Shown here: piece by piece, positions 26,835 to 41,399 of the stretch | Layout of the letters: each line of letters begins with the position of its first letter | Numbering within the stretch: the first letter of the stretch is position 1 | Assembly: GCA_964016885.1 (NCBI GenBank) | Contig: OZ024756.1 | Coordinates: 20,708,001-20,772,000 of the forward strand | Source: Eledone cirrhosa | Taxonomy: Eukaryota | Direction of reading: 5' to 3' | DNA length: 64,000 bases | The notes under the pieces: generated by a model | What the model saw: the letters and a program-made list of their open reading frames with translations, nothing else | Database searches by the model: none | What the model was told of the DNA's origin: nothing | Program-made: the position numbers and the translations under genes

Positions 26835-27003
26835 TTTGCAGTATCGGTAGCGGGTCGGACGCCATGCTTTGACGCATAGAGTTACGGCCCTTGCCATTCT
26901 GAGTTCAAATCCCGCCGAGGTTAACTTTGCCTTTCATCCTTACGGAGTCGATAAAGTAAAGTACCAGTAATGCTGGCCTTGTGCCAAAAAGTAGAAACAA
27001 TTA
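26835..27003 (+). mobile_element. tRNA-derived SINE, family A
   Basis: Same B box, central domain and tail as the 15481 copy. Confidence 0.85.
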
Positions 27004-27235
27004 TATATATACGTATTAAACTAATATATTTCTTCCATGTACTGTGCCGTTTGGTTTGTTATTTTTGTTATTTCTGTTTATCTTTTACATATCTACACAC
27101 GCACACACACATAGATATGCATACATGTGGAATGGATATGTGTACAGACACATATAGACACATACAGCTATATACATCGAGTGCTGACATTGGTACTCTC
27201 ACCAATTTTCCTCGGACTTACTGAACCTTTTGCAC

Positions 27236-27320
<85 letters not shown>

Positions 27321-29957
27321 ATACGTTGACGGGAATAGCATGGGCGTCATAGCTAGTACCGGTTGTATATCAGCGTACTCAATAGGTAATGTCAGGTAAA
27401 CTCCCAGAGTAGACACATAGTTATTCGCTTCAATACAACACACGTAAATGGGTACCTTCAATCTATACCCGTACTCGAGTTTCGGTCACACGTAATGCAC
27501 AGCATCTGCTGTCTGATTTATTATGCAACAATGCACAATCGGCGCATGTGGCTTGGAGCGGGTTTCGCCTAATCAAAAACGAATCGATTGACAGAATTCG
27601 ATTCCAGTTCATGTCGGCTATGGCAGTGAATGTATAAATATGTGTTTGTTTGTGTGTGTGTGTCTATACACATGCTGATGTAATGTCATCCATTGATTCT
27701 TAACTACAGATTGAGTGGTATATAAAGAGTTAAGACCTCCTTTGGTCGTGAATAACAATGGGTTTTATACATAGAAGGTTACTCTTCGAGACACAAGCTT
27801 GAACATGGTGTTTTTGTGGAAGACAACGAGACGCCCTTCTGCAAAGGAAAGGCAAAGGCCAGTACAGCTTGCCATCAGTGACGACGCAACTCAATTTTTC
27901 CAGCTGAGTGAACAGGAGGAACGTGAAATAAAGTATTTTGCTGAAGGACACAACGCACCACTAGGTCCGGGAATTGAACTCACAACCTTATATACCGTGT
28001 GAGTTTTTCACCGTTGCTACTCTGAATTCCGCGTTATCCAAACCACTGGCTTGTATACGTGATAATGTTTTGATAGATATCTGGTCAAAAATGAGGTTTG
28101 TAAGTATTGAGATTCTGACAGTTAAGCATTTAACAATTGACAAACTATTCTGATAAGAAGACTAGGAATAAAACGAGCAGAGTGATTGATAAAAAAAACA
28201 ATGAGGCTTACATAGATAGTGGTGTATGTAGCTAGATAGAGTAAGAGGAACCGAAGTGTACACTGGATGATAGAAACAGAAAGAGGAAAAAGTAAAGAAG
28301 GACTAATGATGTGGATCAAACGTTGGTTTCAACAAATTTTATGGGGAAAGACGGCGTTTATTAGAGGGAAGTGTGGAAACACACGAAGAAATATAAGGCT
28401 AACATGATGTAGACAGAAAGAAGCAGGACTACAAATAATAGAAAGAAGGTGTTAAGTACTAGAAATATATGGCATAATTATTAGTAGGAATGTAAAGACG
28501 AATAGTAAACAGTAGCATGGATGGTAAAATAACTAGACTGAGCAGAGAGAAAGAAAATCTAATAAGATCGAAACATGTCCGTTGTTTTCACCAAGTTGGC
28601 AAAAAGACAAGGTTCACTTCCACTGCATTGTCTAGAAATGGTTACAGAAGTTCTTTTGTTTGCTTGCTTCAAATTATTTGAATACTCTAAAAGAAAGTTT
28701 AGGTCTTGAAATTACGAGGACACACCAGTGTCGGTGGCGGCTTGCTCCTCGACTATTAATACATGCACGACAAAGCATAGAGTCGCAGCTGATAATGTCA
28801 AAAGAATAACGGCCCTCGAATTTGGCTCTCATTGGTAATTGATGAGGAAAGTTCCGATGTTTGTGGTGTCTGTTTTACTTAGTTGTTTCATCGTCCTTTG
28901 TATTTGGTTTTCTTGATCTCTTGTACAATATATGTCTACCCACACGAACACACCCACACAGACACGTACACATGCACACATATGCCCACAACACACACAC
29001 ACACACACACATTCATGCACACACATTCCCACAACACACGCACAACCAGATACGAATCAGCGTTCACCTCGATTGGTTATGAGGAATCCTACTGACTCAG
29101 ACAAATACACTCTTCTCACCCCAAAAAGCCTGCAATAAAAAAAGACAACAGCGAAGACAAAAGAAATAAAACAAAACAAAGCAGAAACAACAACAACAAC
29201 AACAACAATGTCTTGCTGTACATATTCCTGTTTTCAATATCATTTTCTTCTCAGAATTTTAGAAAAAAAATAATCTTTTTAAATGCTGATCGATTCCCAA
29301 AGAATCCTGACAAGTAAAGATTTAAAAATAACAAAAGCTAAAAACAAAAAAAGGTTTTTCTTCTTTAAACTCTATACTCCATATTTATTACAAGGTGGAG
29401 AAAAGTTGAGGGGGATTCTGTGACATTCATGCTTTTCTCCAAGACGTGAATGACATGAGTTAAAAGAATTGGCGTTAACCACTCATTGATATTTAATCAT
29501 ATTTCTTAGCACTCACCACATAAAAAGAATAAAAACAAAAACAAAAATGAAATATTGGTTTTCTTTTATATACATATCAAAACTCACGTCTGTTGAAAAG
29601 TAAATGTGATTGTGTGGCGTTCATTCTTTTCACTATCACAGTTACAATGGAAAGGAGTTGGCATCGACCGAGAATCGTAAACAGCCAGCAGATTGCTTTA
29701 CGGCAATAATCAATTTAAAGAAAAAAAAAGAAATTATAATAGATATTCGTTGTCATTGAGCAAGTTATCCACCAGATGGAATAGTCTGTGATGGGTTTAA
29801 CTTAATATATACAGTCACTTACCGGTGGTGTCAAATAGTCTGTAATCAGAGTGAAAAACCGCGAATATTGGACGTGGTCCATAAAAATGCCTATAAACGT
29901 CAGAACATACTGGGTAATTGCTGGCCTTGTTCCATAAGTAGAAATAATTAATATATA

Positions 29958-30218
29958 CAGTGTACCCCTGGTATTCGCGGTCCCAGTTATTTGCCGAATT
30001 TTCCTTAGAACCTGACTAATAATTGTTCGTGGAAACCACCGCATATTTACGGAGTCGTAAATATCTTCCACGATTTTTTGGAGGCTTTTTTCGTTTTTCG
30101 TGGCAATATATATTTTTTTACGCTTTTTAATGCTAAATCATTAATAACAATATACTGCATTTGCCGGCCTATTTTTATGGACCACGTCCGATATTCGCGA
30201 GTATCGGGGGACAACTGT
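29958..30218. mobile_element. pogo/Tigger-like MITE
   Basis: TA-CAGTGTACCCCTGGTATTCGCG ... CGCGAGTATCGGGGGACAACTG-TA; second copy at 48784. Confidence 0.75.
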
Positions 30219-30399
30219 ATATATAGATCCTAGATAAATAGAACTCTCTGGTCCATGACTAAGTACTGATGAGGTTTACCGTTACCTTCCGCAGACATTT
30301 TATAGAGATTTAACCATAGGATAAACACACACCAATTCATTATATACAGCGCTACACCTCCTTACTTCGTACCTATTTACAGATGCTTTCAAGCATGCA

Positions 30400-30740
30400 T
30401 GGTCCCGTAACTCCTGAGCAAGTCGCAGGGACGCCATATTGACATACGGCGTTTCTGGGGCGTTTTTTTTTTAAAACCTCGCGGAGCCCAATCCTCTCCA
30501 GGTCTGAATACTGCAGATTTCTTCCAGAGGAGGATAGAGAGTGAGAGAATGGAATATATATATAGGAAGAATCGACTCCACTACTTGACTGACTGGTACT
30601 TTTTTTTATCGACCTCGAATGGATGAAAGGCAAAGTTGACCTCGGCAGGATTTGAACTCAGAAAGGTGTAGAGAGCGGAAACGAATACTACAAAACATTC
30701 TATCCGACGTTCTAACGACTCTGTCAATTCGCCGTCTACT
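30400..30740 (-). mobile_element. SINE family A variant with a long distinct tail (second copy 58952-59250)
   Basis: Shared ggtcccgta...attgacatacggcgtttct segment fused to the SINE central domain in both copies. Confidence 0.7.
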
Positions 30741-32488
30741 ATTTACAGATGTGTGATAGATATTTACAGATAAGTGACACTGTCAGGAGTGCGACATTGT
30801 GCCATCGTGATCAATGTGGCACTATGGTATCATGAACAGTACGGCACTGTACTGTGGCACCCTGAGCAGTGCAGCACCGGTGATAAAATACAAATTTCTG
30901 GATATTCAACCGATAGTCAGACACCGTATCGATACGGTCGGTCAGCTGTGGCATTCCTTTGAAGCAGGACATTGCCATAATGTTTGAGATAATTGAAGAA
31001 ATTAATATGAGGAGTTTATGGCGATGATTCATTTCTGATGGACATTACTGAAATAAGTGAAACTGGTGCCGAATGGGAAATAGTCGAGCACTCGGTTGGT
31101 CAATATAACCACTCTATTCAATGATAAAGAGTGAATCATTATATTTTTCAAGGCCTAGTGTTTATGGGGAAAAGGAAAATGGAATGTTGAGAGGTTTATA
31201 CCTGTTAGAAAAGCAAGCATCAATAGAATTTTTGTTTGTTTTGGTTTATGTACGACACTGTTTTTGTTAGGGGAGAGGAGAACACTCGTCGTTGAGTTAA
31301 CCGCAATATGTTATTGAGTTTTTATATTTCATACAAGGCCACAAATTGTAAGGTCGGTGTATATTTGGTTGTATCGACTCCAATATTTGAGTTCTTATGT
31401 AAAAATAATAATAAAAATAATGCTTAGTTCTGTTCCTTTTACATTTTGAGTTCAAATTTTATCGGGGACAAACTATACTTTCATTCTATTTAGAGTCACT
31501 AAAGTAAGTACCAGTCATATATTAAAGATCGATTTAGTCAACTCTACACAATCACAATTTTTTTTTACAAATGTGTTTCCTTGTGTCAATGTCAGAAACC
31601 GATAATTACAATAATCATTTCTAATAAAGACCCCTATCCCAAAATAGCAACGAAACAAATGTTACACATAAATGTTGGAGCATAATTGATTAAATAGACA
31701 ACAATACTTAAGGCTTTGAACAGCGTTTGATTCACTAAGTATGTCTTGAATCAATATGAGCTCTGGTTTTGGTGCTGTATCTTTCAGCAATAAGTGTGTG
31801 CCCGTGAAACAGATACATATACACCAAGTCCGAACACAAAGGAACGAAACTCCCACAATACTTAAAAAAAAATCGACCTTCTCCAATCCAGCAGGAAGGA
31901 ATGATGAAAGACAAAGTTAACCCCACCCACCCCACCTCGTTGGGATTTCAGCTAAGCACTTAAAGGGACGTAACTAACTAACTTATTTTAGAGGTAAATA
32001 ACAATTTACAGGTAAGTAATACGGTGACGGTGAGAAGATCTGAATCAGTAAATAGTGTCCGACACACCCTTTTCATTCGGTCAGCTGTGATTCACTTTTG
32101 AAGCAACATATAGCCATATTGTTTGAAATGTTTTAAAGAAGTTAATAAGGGGAATTCTACTAACAGCGTCATTTACCATGTCATCCTACTGATCCACCAT
32201 TCTTCTGTCTTTATAATGGTTTCTAGTTAAGGCACAAGGCCAGAATTTTGTGGAGTCGGGGGGGAAATCGATTGTATTGATTCCAGCAAATTGACTGGTA
32301 TTTTATGTTATCGACCCCGGAGAGAGAGAGAGAGAGGGTAAGAATTGACCGCGGCGATATTTAAACTTAGAACGTAAACAATCAGGATCAGTACAAGTGA
32401 CGCAAAGCATTTCGTCCGACTGTCTAACGATTCTGCCAATCCACTGCCTTTGCCATCTTTATAACAACTGATGAATGTTACAGGTGAT

Positions 32489-32520
<32 letters not shown>

Positions 32521-32773
32521 CGTCGTCGGTGGTAGTGGTGGTGGTGGTGGAAGTAAAAATGAACAAAAATATTGTAGCAATTTCAAACGACTCAGCCGCT
32601 TTTCAAGATGACATATAGGAAGCACCATTATTAAACAACTTGTATCCACTGGTTGTATTCAGTCTTTCAATACATATATATATATAGGAAAATGTATGAC
32701 CCCGACGGCAGAGCTCAAGCCGTTACGACGGCTATTTCTGGTTCCTTACCACAACTCCTTCGTTATATATATT

Positions 32774-32804
<31 letters not shown>

Positions 32805-32899
32805 TTAGTTCTCTATAGATCAGTCAATATATCGTAAAGCAATGAATGAAATATCTAAAATAACTTGCCTTTGTTATCATTGTTAAATAATATAATTTG

Positions 32900-32944
<45 letters not shown>

Positions 32945-33501
32945 AGTGTGTGTGTGCGTGTGTATACAGATATACAAACTGTTCATTCAAAATAAAAGTC
33001 AATTGAAAGAGTGTTGTTAGAAAACAAAAAAAAAAAGAAAAATACCCCCCTTCCTAAAAAAAAGAAATTCAAGTATTTTGTTTTTGATGATGAATATGAT
33101 AATGTGACAAAAAAAAGTTTTGACCAAGTAAAACGGTTCGTTTCATTTAACATTTCATGTTTTTGAAATTAGCCCCTCATGTATCATTTCTAATTTTCCG
33201 GTAGATTAGAAAAATAATAAAACGTTGCCTTTATTTGAACCATCAAATTATCAAGGGTTATTAGCCCCAGATGGAGTTTAGCAAGTAGAATATTCTCCAC
33301 TTCTATAGTTAGTTAGTTTGGTTTCTTTTCATTTATTTTTATTTTTTCATAATACCCAGTTTCTATTTCTTTTCAAACTGTCATGAACGAATTTGTGTAT
33401 GTGTGAATCCAGACACACACATCATACAAATAGACATACATATACACGAACACACCTACACGCGCGCACACACACATGTATGTTTGTATATTATACATAC
33501 A

Positions 33502-33555
<54 letters not shown>

Positions 33556-33786
33556 AATGTATCTATATATATATATAAATGTATATGCATATACGTATAA
33601 TGCATGTTATATAATATATACACTATATATATGTATATCATATATATTATATATGTATATGTACATTATATATATATAATATATATATATTATATATATA
33701 ATATATATATTATATATATTATATATACATGTATATTATATATATATATATATATATACGCATATGTATATGTATAAGTATATGCA

Positions 33787-33817
<31 letters not shown>

Positions 33818-33881
33818 GCATACATATATATTTATAGAAGCGTAAATGGTTAGATAATTTTTGGTATCTCATTATTCATTT

Positions 33882-34144
33882 TCAAGAATAGTTTCCCGCT
33901 TCTTTCGTTATGTATTCATCGTCATCGATTTCTCTGACAGAAATGATTTCGTCGTTGACGTCACTTCCTTCTTCACTGATGTCGCTTGGAATTCGAAATG
34001 ATTCATCCCTGGAATGTTTCTTCTTCTTATTATTGCAACATACTTGAAGACAAAGAGTGAACGAACATAGAGACGCCACCACATAACACACTCCCACAAC
34101 ACAGAAGAGGATCGTATAATCTTCGTACATTTCGTACAAGAAAC
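33882..34144 (-). CDS. SLC16A: SLC16/MCT last coding exon (to TGA)
   Basis: ttttttag|GT TTC TTG TAC; GFLYEMYEDY + TM12 + acidic tail, stop at 33882-33884. The exons sum to 1869 nt in one frame. Confidence 0.9.
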
Positions 34145-34224
34145 CTAAAAAAAGAAGAAAAATTACAATAAAATACACAGAAATGTAACAATTTTTTTAC
34201 CAGGTTCAGAATTGATTTCATTCA

Positions 34225-36755
34225 AAATTGACTAGGTTCACATTTGACTACAGAATTAATAAAGTTCGAACTGCCTACGGTTACAATTGACTAAGCTTAG
34301 GGATGACTAGGTTCATCATTGATTAGGTTCAGAAATTACTAGGTTCACAATTGACTAAGTTCAGAATTGACTAGGTATTGACTCGATTCAGAATTTATTA
34401 GGTTTAGAGTTGACTAGGTTTAAATTTGACTAGGTTTAGAGTTGACTAGGTTTAGAGTTGACTAGGTTTAGTATTGACTAGATTCATAATTGACTAGGTT
34501 TAGATTTGGCCAGGTTTGGAGTTGACTAGGTTTAGAGTTGACTAGGTTTAGTGTTGACTAGGTTTAGAGTTGACTAAGTTCAGAATTAACTAGGTTCAGA
34601 ATTGACTAGGTTCAGAATTTATTAGGTTTAGAGTGGACTAGTTTCAGAATTTATTAGGTTTAGAGTTGATTAGGTTTAGAGTTGACTAGGTTTAGTATTG
34701 ACTAGATTCAAAATTGAATAGGTTTAGATTAGGCTAGGTTTAGAGTTGACTGGGTTTAGAGTTGACTAGGTTTAGTAATGACTATCTTTAGTACTGACTA
34801 TGTTTAGTGTTGACTAGGTTCAGAGTTGATTAGGTTTAGTGTTGACTAGGTTTAGTGTTGACTAGGTTTAGTATTGACTAGGTTTAGTATTGACTAGGTT
34901 TAGTATTGACTAGGTTTAGAGTTGACTAGGTTTAGTATTGACTAGGTTTAGTATTGACTAGGTTTAGTATTGACTAGGTTTAGTATTGACTAGGTTTACA
35001 ATTGACTAGGTTTAGTATTGTCTAGGTTTAGAGTTGACTAGCTTTAGTGTTGACTAGGTTTAGTATTGACGAGGTTTAGTATTGACTAGGTTTAGTATTG
35101 ACTAGGTTTAGTGTTGACTAGGTTTAGTATTAACTAGGTTTAGATTGACTAGGTTTAGTATTGACTAGGTTTAGTATTGACTAGGTTTAGTATTGACTAG
35201 GTTTAGTATTGACTAGGTTTAGTAATGACTAGGTTTAGTATTGACTAGGTTTAGTATTGACTAGGTTTAGTATGACTAGGTTTAGTATTGACTAGGTTTA
35301 GTAATGACTAGGTTTAGTATTAACTATGTTTAGTATTGACTAGGTTTAGTGTTGACTAGGTTTAGTATTGACTAGGTTTAGTGTTGACTAGGTTTAGTAT
35401 TGACTAGGTTTAGTATTGACTAGGTTTAGTAATGACTAGGTTTAGTATTGACTAGGTTTAGTGTTGACTAGGTTTAGTATTGACTAGGTTTAGTGTTGAC
35501 TAGGTTTAGTATTGACTAGGTTTATTATTGACTAGGTTTAGTATTGACTAAGTTTAGTGTTGACTAGGTTTAGTATTGACTAGGTTTAGTATTGACTAGG
35601 TTTAGTAATGACTAGGTTTAGTATTGACTAGGTTTAGTGTTGACTAGGTTTAGTATTGACTAGGTTTAGTATTGACTAGGTTTAGTATTGACTAGGTTTA
35701 GAGTTCACTAGGTTTAGTATTGACTAGGTTTAGTATTGACTAGGTTTAGTGTTGACTAGGTTTAGTATTGACTAGGTTTAGTATTGACTAGGTTTAGTAT
35801 TGACTAGGTTTAGTATTGACTAGGTTTAGTGTTGACTAGGTTTACAATTGACTAGGTTTAGATTTGACTATGTTTAGTATTAACTAGGTTTAGGGTTGAC
35901 TAGGTTTAGTATTGACTAGGTTTAGTGTTGACTAGGTTTAGTATTGACTAGGTTTAGAGTTGACTAGGTTTAGTATTGACTAGGTTTAGTATTGACTAGG
36001 TTTAGTATTGACTAGGTTTTCAATTGACTAGGTTTAGTGTTGACTAGGTTTAGTATTGGCTAGGTTTAGCATTGACTAGGTTTAGTATTGACTAGGTTTA
36101 GTATTAACTAGGTTTAGTGTTGACTAGGTTTACAATTGACTAGGTTTAGATTTGACTAGGTTTAGAGTTGACTAGGTTTAGTATTGACTAGGTTTAGTAT
36201 TGACTAGGTTTAGTATTGACTAGGTTTAGTGTTGACTAGGTTTACACTTGACTAGGTTTAGATTTGACTAGGTTTAGTATTGACTAGGTTTAGTATTGAC
36301 TAGGTTTAGTGTTGACTAGGTTTAGTATTGACTAGGTTTAGTATTGACTAGGTTTAGTGTTGACTAGGTTTACACTTGACTAGGTTTAGATTTGACTAGG
36401 TTTAGTATTGACTAGGTTTAGTATTGACTAGGTTTAGTATTGACTAGGTTTAGTATTGACTAGGTTTAGAGTTGACTAGGTTTAGTATTGACTAGGTTTA
36501 TGGTTGACTAGGTTTAGTATTGACTAGGTTTAGTATTGACTAGGTTTAGTATTGACTAGGTTTAGTGTTGACTAGGGTATTGACTAGGTTTACAATTGAC
36601 TAGGTTTAGATTTGACTAGGTTTAGTATTGCCTAGGTTTAGAGTTGACTAGGTTTAGTGTTGACTAGGTTTAGTATTGACTAGGTTTAAATTTGACTAAG
36701 TTCAGAATTGACTAGATTTAGGGTTAATTAGGTTTAGTATTGAGTAGGTTTAGAA
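34225..36755. repeat. 16-bp satellite (TTGACTAGGTTTAGTA)n, ~2.5 kb, in the last MCT intron
   Basis: Direct reading; homogeneous core with diverged edges. Confidence 0.97.
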
Positions 36756-37306
36756 TCACTTACAACTATTTAGAATGATTTTTAGAATTATTTAAAGAGA
36801 TTTACAATTATTAACAATATTTATTGATAGGATTTCAATTATTGACTATGTTCACTATTTCCGTTGTCACGAGTTCAACACACGACTGCCACAACTCATT
36901 TTATTTGCTCCATAATATATGAAGTTATGGAAAAAATAATCAAATCAACTGTCGATGGTTGTTTCGTAAGCAGACCGTCTTAATTTGTCATCACCTCACT
37001 TTCCTCTCACCACACCTCCATGGAAAAGCCTGCGGTAGACTGGCGTTCTCTCCAGGAGGACAAGTGTTGCGCAGTTGCTTTACACACGCCTCCCCACCAC
37101 AAATAGAAAAAAGTACAAAGACAAAAACACAATAAGAAAATAAAGAAACTATTAGAAGTCAAATAACCAAATAATCTCAGAAATGTTAGGAGTGAAAAAA
37201 GTAAGAAAAGTACAAAAAAACAACAAAAAAAAAACAATATAAAAGAACAATCCCCGAAAGACAGAAAATAAATAATTTAGTGTGACGTAAAGCTAGTATT
37301 TATTAC

Positions 37307-37432
37307 CTGCTAATGGTGGGCTAAGTGTGAAGCCGATGCCCTGAAATAAGGCCACGACACCAAATGCATGAGTAAGATTTTCAATTCCTAAGTGGTCAGC
37401 TAGTACGATTGTTCGGAGAGACACAATAGCAG
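37307..37432 (-). CDS. SLC16A: SLC16/MCT coding exon 6 (126 nt)
   Basis: gctttcag|CT GCT ATT...GCA G|gtaata; LGIENLTHAFG...LSPPLAG. Confidence 0.92.
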
Positions 37433-37496
37433 CTGAAAGCAAAACAAAATAAGAAAAACAATAAATAAATAAACAAACAAAAAACAAATTACTTAA

Positions 37497-37512
37497 CTAC
37501 TACTACTACTAT

Positions 37513-37574
<62 letters not shown>

Positions 37575-37581
37575 TACCACA

Positions 37582-37613
<32 letters not shown>

Positions 37614-37689
37614 CATACCACCACCACCACCATCAGAACTACTACTACTACTACCACCTCCATGCCACAACTACTACCATCACCAACAT

Positions 37690-37740
<51 letters not shown>

Positions 37741-37742
37741 CA
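37497..37742. repeat. (CTA)n/(CCA)n microsatellite
   Basis: Direct reading. Confidence 0.9.
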
Positions 37743-38348
37743 ACATGTCTCAAACTGAAGGACTCATAAGGGCCATTACGTCGCGGGGAGTGCAGAGTGG
37801 GCCAAAAGAATAGATGATAGGGCGATGTGATTCCTACTAGTTATTATATTAATCTACAATACAGCTGTTAGTTTGCTATTTATAACCAAATTAACAAATC
37901 TTATGAAAATATTAGTTACAAAAATCGTTTTACCTCGTGCCATAGAAAAGTATTTAGCGAGTCATGGGTTTGAGACCCCTGCGCTAAAGTTATTCCTCAT
38001 TAACTACGGGTATGTAAGTAGTGAAACTCCAGCTCCTTCCAAAGTGGTTTCTATGCCACGGAGGAATATGAACTTAGAATACAACGCTGTTTCAGAGGTG
38101 GAGGTTATATGAAGTGATGTTAGTTAATGGAGGTGTGGTGGTGTGGTCGCCATTTTTGATAGTAGTAAAGAAAGAAGCAATAGCAAAGAATGTCTTTTTT
38201 TTTATTGAGGCGAAATTTATTCTAAAAAAAAATTGTCAATCATTTAACGCATGCGCTTTAGTGTAATTAACTGACTATGTTAATGATAAAAATGTTGGCG
38301 ATGACGATAAAGATGAGGACGATGATGATGATAAGTAAAAATACTCAC

Positions 38349-38618
38349 CCATACAAAAACCGAAGACACCACAGCAGACAATCAGACTAATGAAAGTCTC
38401 GCAAAATATAAAGGCGAAGGAGACAAGACCAGATATAAACAAGGAGAAAGTGAATGAATATATACTGGGAACATTGAGGGAATAAGTCATTAAACCGACC
38501 AAAATTCGGCCTATAGTGTTCGTGATGCCAATTACTGATACTAATGTGGCCCCTTGGGTCAAGGTGAGACCCCTGTGCATGCCATAATTAGGAAGGAACA
38601 TCATAGCAATCGACTGCA
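38349..38618 (-). CDS. SLC16A: SLC16/MCT coding exon 5 (270 nt)
   Basis: tctttcag|TG CAG TCG...ATG G|gtgagt; LVSVIGITNTIGRILVG (TM8). Confidence 0.92.
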
Positions 38619-38787
38619 CTGAAAGAAGAAAAAAACAACAAAACAAACAAAATTAACAATGCATTTACTATTCATTGAAAAAAAAAATAGTAATATATAT
38701 GTAAAAAGTAAACAGAAATAACAAAGCAAACAACACAGTACAATAAAGAAATATATTAGTTTAACGCTTGATATAATAAGAAAAGAG

Positions 38788-38823
38788 TCTTAACGTTTCA
38801 AACACTAGTCCTTCATCAGAAGA
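38788..38823 (-). ncRNA. Minimal type I hammerhead-like motif
   Basis: TCTT-CTGATGA-AGGACTAGTGTTT-GAAAC-GTT-AAGA. Confidence 0.45.
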
Positions 38824-39779
38824 TAGAATGAGAAATAAAAGATGAAATAGAAAGATAATAGTTAGAAGAAGAAGGAACGGAAAAGAAATCGAGAAAAACC
38901 AAACAAAAAACACACGTGCGTATTCAGTCAGCCATTTTGGATATTATACATGAATACAAACATGTATTCGGTTACACCCGGTTGTACACATACAGAAATA
39001 CACATATATATATATGGCGGCTAATAGGCTGAGTCGACAGAGCGTTGAATTTGAATGCCTTGAAAATATTTGTTCTGGCTTTCTGCGCTCTGAGTTCAAG
39101 CCCCATTAAGATCAACTTTGTCTTTTACCCTTCGGGATCGATAAATAAAGTATCAGTCCAGGGCGGAAGATTGGTGGAATTTATAGAGCGTCAGATGGGA
39201 TGTTTTGTCGTAGCCCTTCTTACTTCAAATCCCACCTCATATCACTGGGAAATGATGACATGTTAGGACCGGGCTCTCCTATCATTAAAACGCCAAAAAG
39301 ATCACGGGTGGCCGGCTGAACGTATACAGGTGTGACTCCAATAACAACAATAACGACAACAGCAGCAATACCAAGACATACAGATACTCCTATTTTGTTT
39401 TGCCTATAAACAATTTATTTTGTAACCGTATACACATGATTGATTCATGATTATATTGGGAGTTTTTCACCTATAGATGAAAGGTAAAGTTCTTTCTGAC
39501 AGGATTTGAGTTCGTGAGGTAGAAAGTATCATCTGACTATCGAGGAAGAGACATCACGTTGGAATACTTTATATGACGGCATTTGTAGTGTTAACTTGCA
39601 TTTCTGATAATCAGTTAATGATTAAACGGTATGAAAGATAGTTACGATGTTATGTGGGTTTGGGTGTGTATACGCTCAGGAGTACCTGGTATGAAGGAAA
39701 CTACATAAGTGAATTTATATTTACACTGTTCATATTTTGCTTTATATAGCATTACTTTACAAAACTTATAAACTAAACA

Positions 39780-40790
39780 TATACACATTTATATACAGGT
39801 CTTCAGAATAACACTGCACATTTATGTTTATATTAAAATACATGTCACAATATGGGTACAAAGAAATACAAATACATTTTGATTATAAAAGTAAACAGCA
39901 AAGGTTTTCTCTTGAAAGGTAGTTATATTTTCTTGTTCTTTATCTGGCAGCATGTTTGATAGCATGTTGTTATTATTCTGTTAGGCATTGTTCATTTAAA
40001 ATTATCCAGGAGGAATTTGTTGGTATGTCTGCACGTGGAAAACATTTGTGACTTCTTATTTAAGTAATCATATGAAATTTTTAATTTATTAAAGGAATTC
40101 TCTGTAATACACTGGCTGAGAATCTTCGAATCTTTGACGTATCGTTTTAGTACTGTATATCTTTAAAAATATTAACATACTGAAGCTCTTGGTCCTTCAA
40201 GATCCATATTTAGCTTGAAAGGATTGTGACGTTCCTCTTTTCTTCGCTGTGGAGGGATGAAGTGGAATTATAGTAGCACCATTTGAAATTTCCATAAATC
40301 ATTCTGATGTAGAGTTTTATTGCAATGTCTTTATCATTATTACCAACTGAATTTACAGCTTTTCAATTACAATTGTGTTGGAGGAGGCATAATGCTATAT
40401 GTATATGTACATCCTGTGATATCTCCTTTTATAATTAGTTGGCGGTTTAGTTAATACATATTTAAATGTTAGTTGTGCAACTTTAGCTAACCTTAGTGGT
40501 GTTTCGATTGAATTACTTCCAGAAAATGTGGGTCATTTGAAAGCATTTATCAATTAGAGTTAAAACGTTTTTTGCTATATTATTGATTTTTACATTTAGA
40601 AAGAAGGTTGTATTGGACCATATATTGGGTCGTCAAGTATGAAATTTGTAGCGAGGCATTTGAAACATTGTTTTTTTCTACAAATTTCATACTTGAAGAC
40701 CCAGTAATATTACAATTTCTTTTCGCATTGATAGTTCTTGTGAGCTTGGGAGTCAAACGAATCTTATAATTACGTAAATCCGCCATATTC
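39780..40790 (-). mobile_element. Penelope-like element relic (GIY-YIG region)
   Basis: Decayed NIAKNVLTLIDKCF, GNFK..YYNSTSS..ILSS*IWILK and the C-terminal YLNKKSQMFSTCRHTNKFLL, similar to the PLE LNKRSE..S.CRH.NK motif. Confidence 0.7.
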
Positions 40791-41071
40791 TTCTTATTAC
40801 GTTAAAAACAACATGTCACGCAACATATCCCAAAATCTTTCCATATCATGGTGCAAACACACCCACACCCTCCCACACACACTCGTACACACGTGTATGC
40901 ATGTATGTATGTGCGTTTGTACGCACGTATGTATGTGTGCCTATATGTATATATGTATTTATATTTATTTAGGTATACACACAAAATCACACAGACATAG
41001 ACACGACACACACACACATGTATATATATGTGTGTGTGGTGTCTATATGTATATATTTATATGTATGTATG

Positions 41072-41117
<46 letters not shown>

Positions 41118-41399
41118 TAACATTAAAGTTTAAGCAAAGAATCACTGCTTTCACCCTTAATGGTATCTTCTTTATATATATTTATATATATATAATCCTT
41201 AATCCTTATCGAGCCCTCTTCGGATTTTAGTCTTCACATTTTTTTAATTACTATATATGGTGACTGCCAACTCGTTTTCGAGTACGGCCACTACTTTATA
41301 TCCATGTAGGAGAACCCTTACCGATGCGCTGAACGAGTGTGACATTTTAGTTCAGCCAGCGACTTGAAAACTCTGGTACAAACACTACACTTGTGACAA

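Noticed and set aside
30266-30300. Hammerhead at CTGATGAGG
   Set aside because: No GAAA core or stem I partner follows.
34225-36755. Interstitial telomere or G-quadruplex array
   Set aside because: The unit is a 16-mer with only GG, not (TTAGGG)n.
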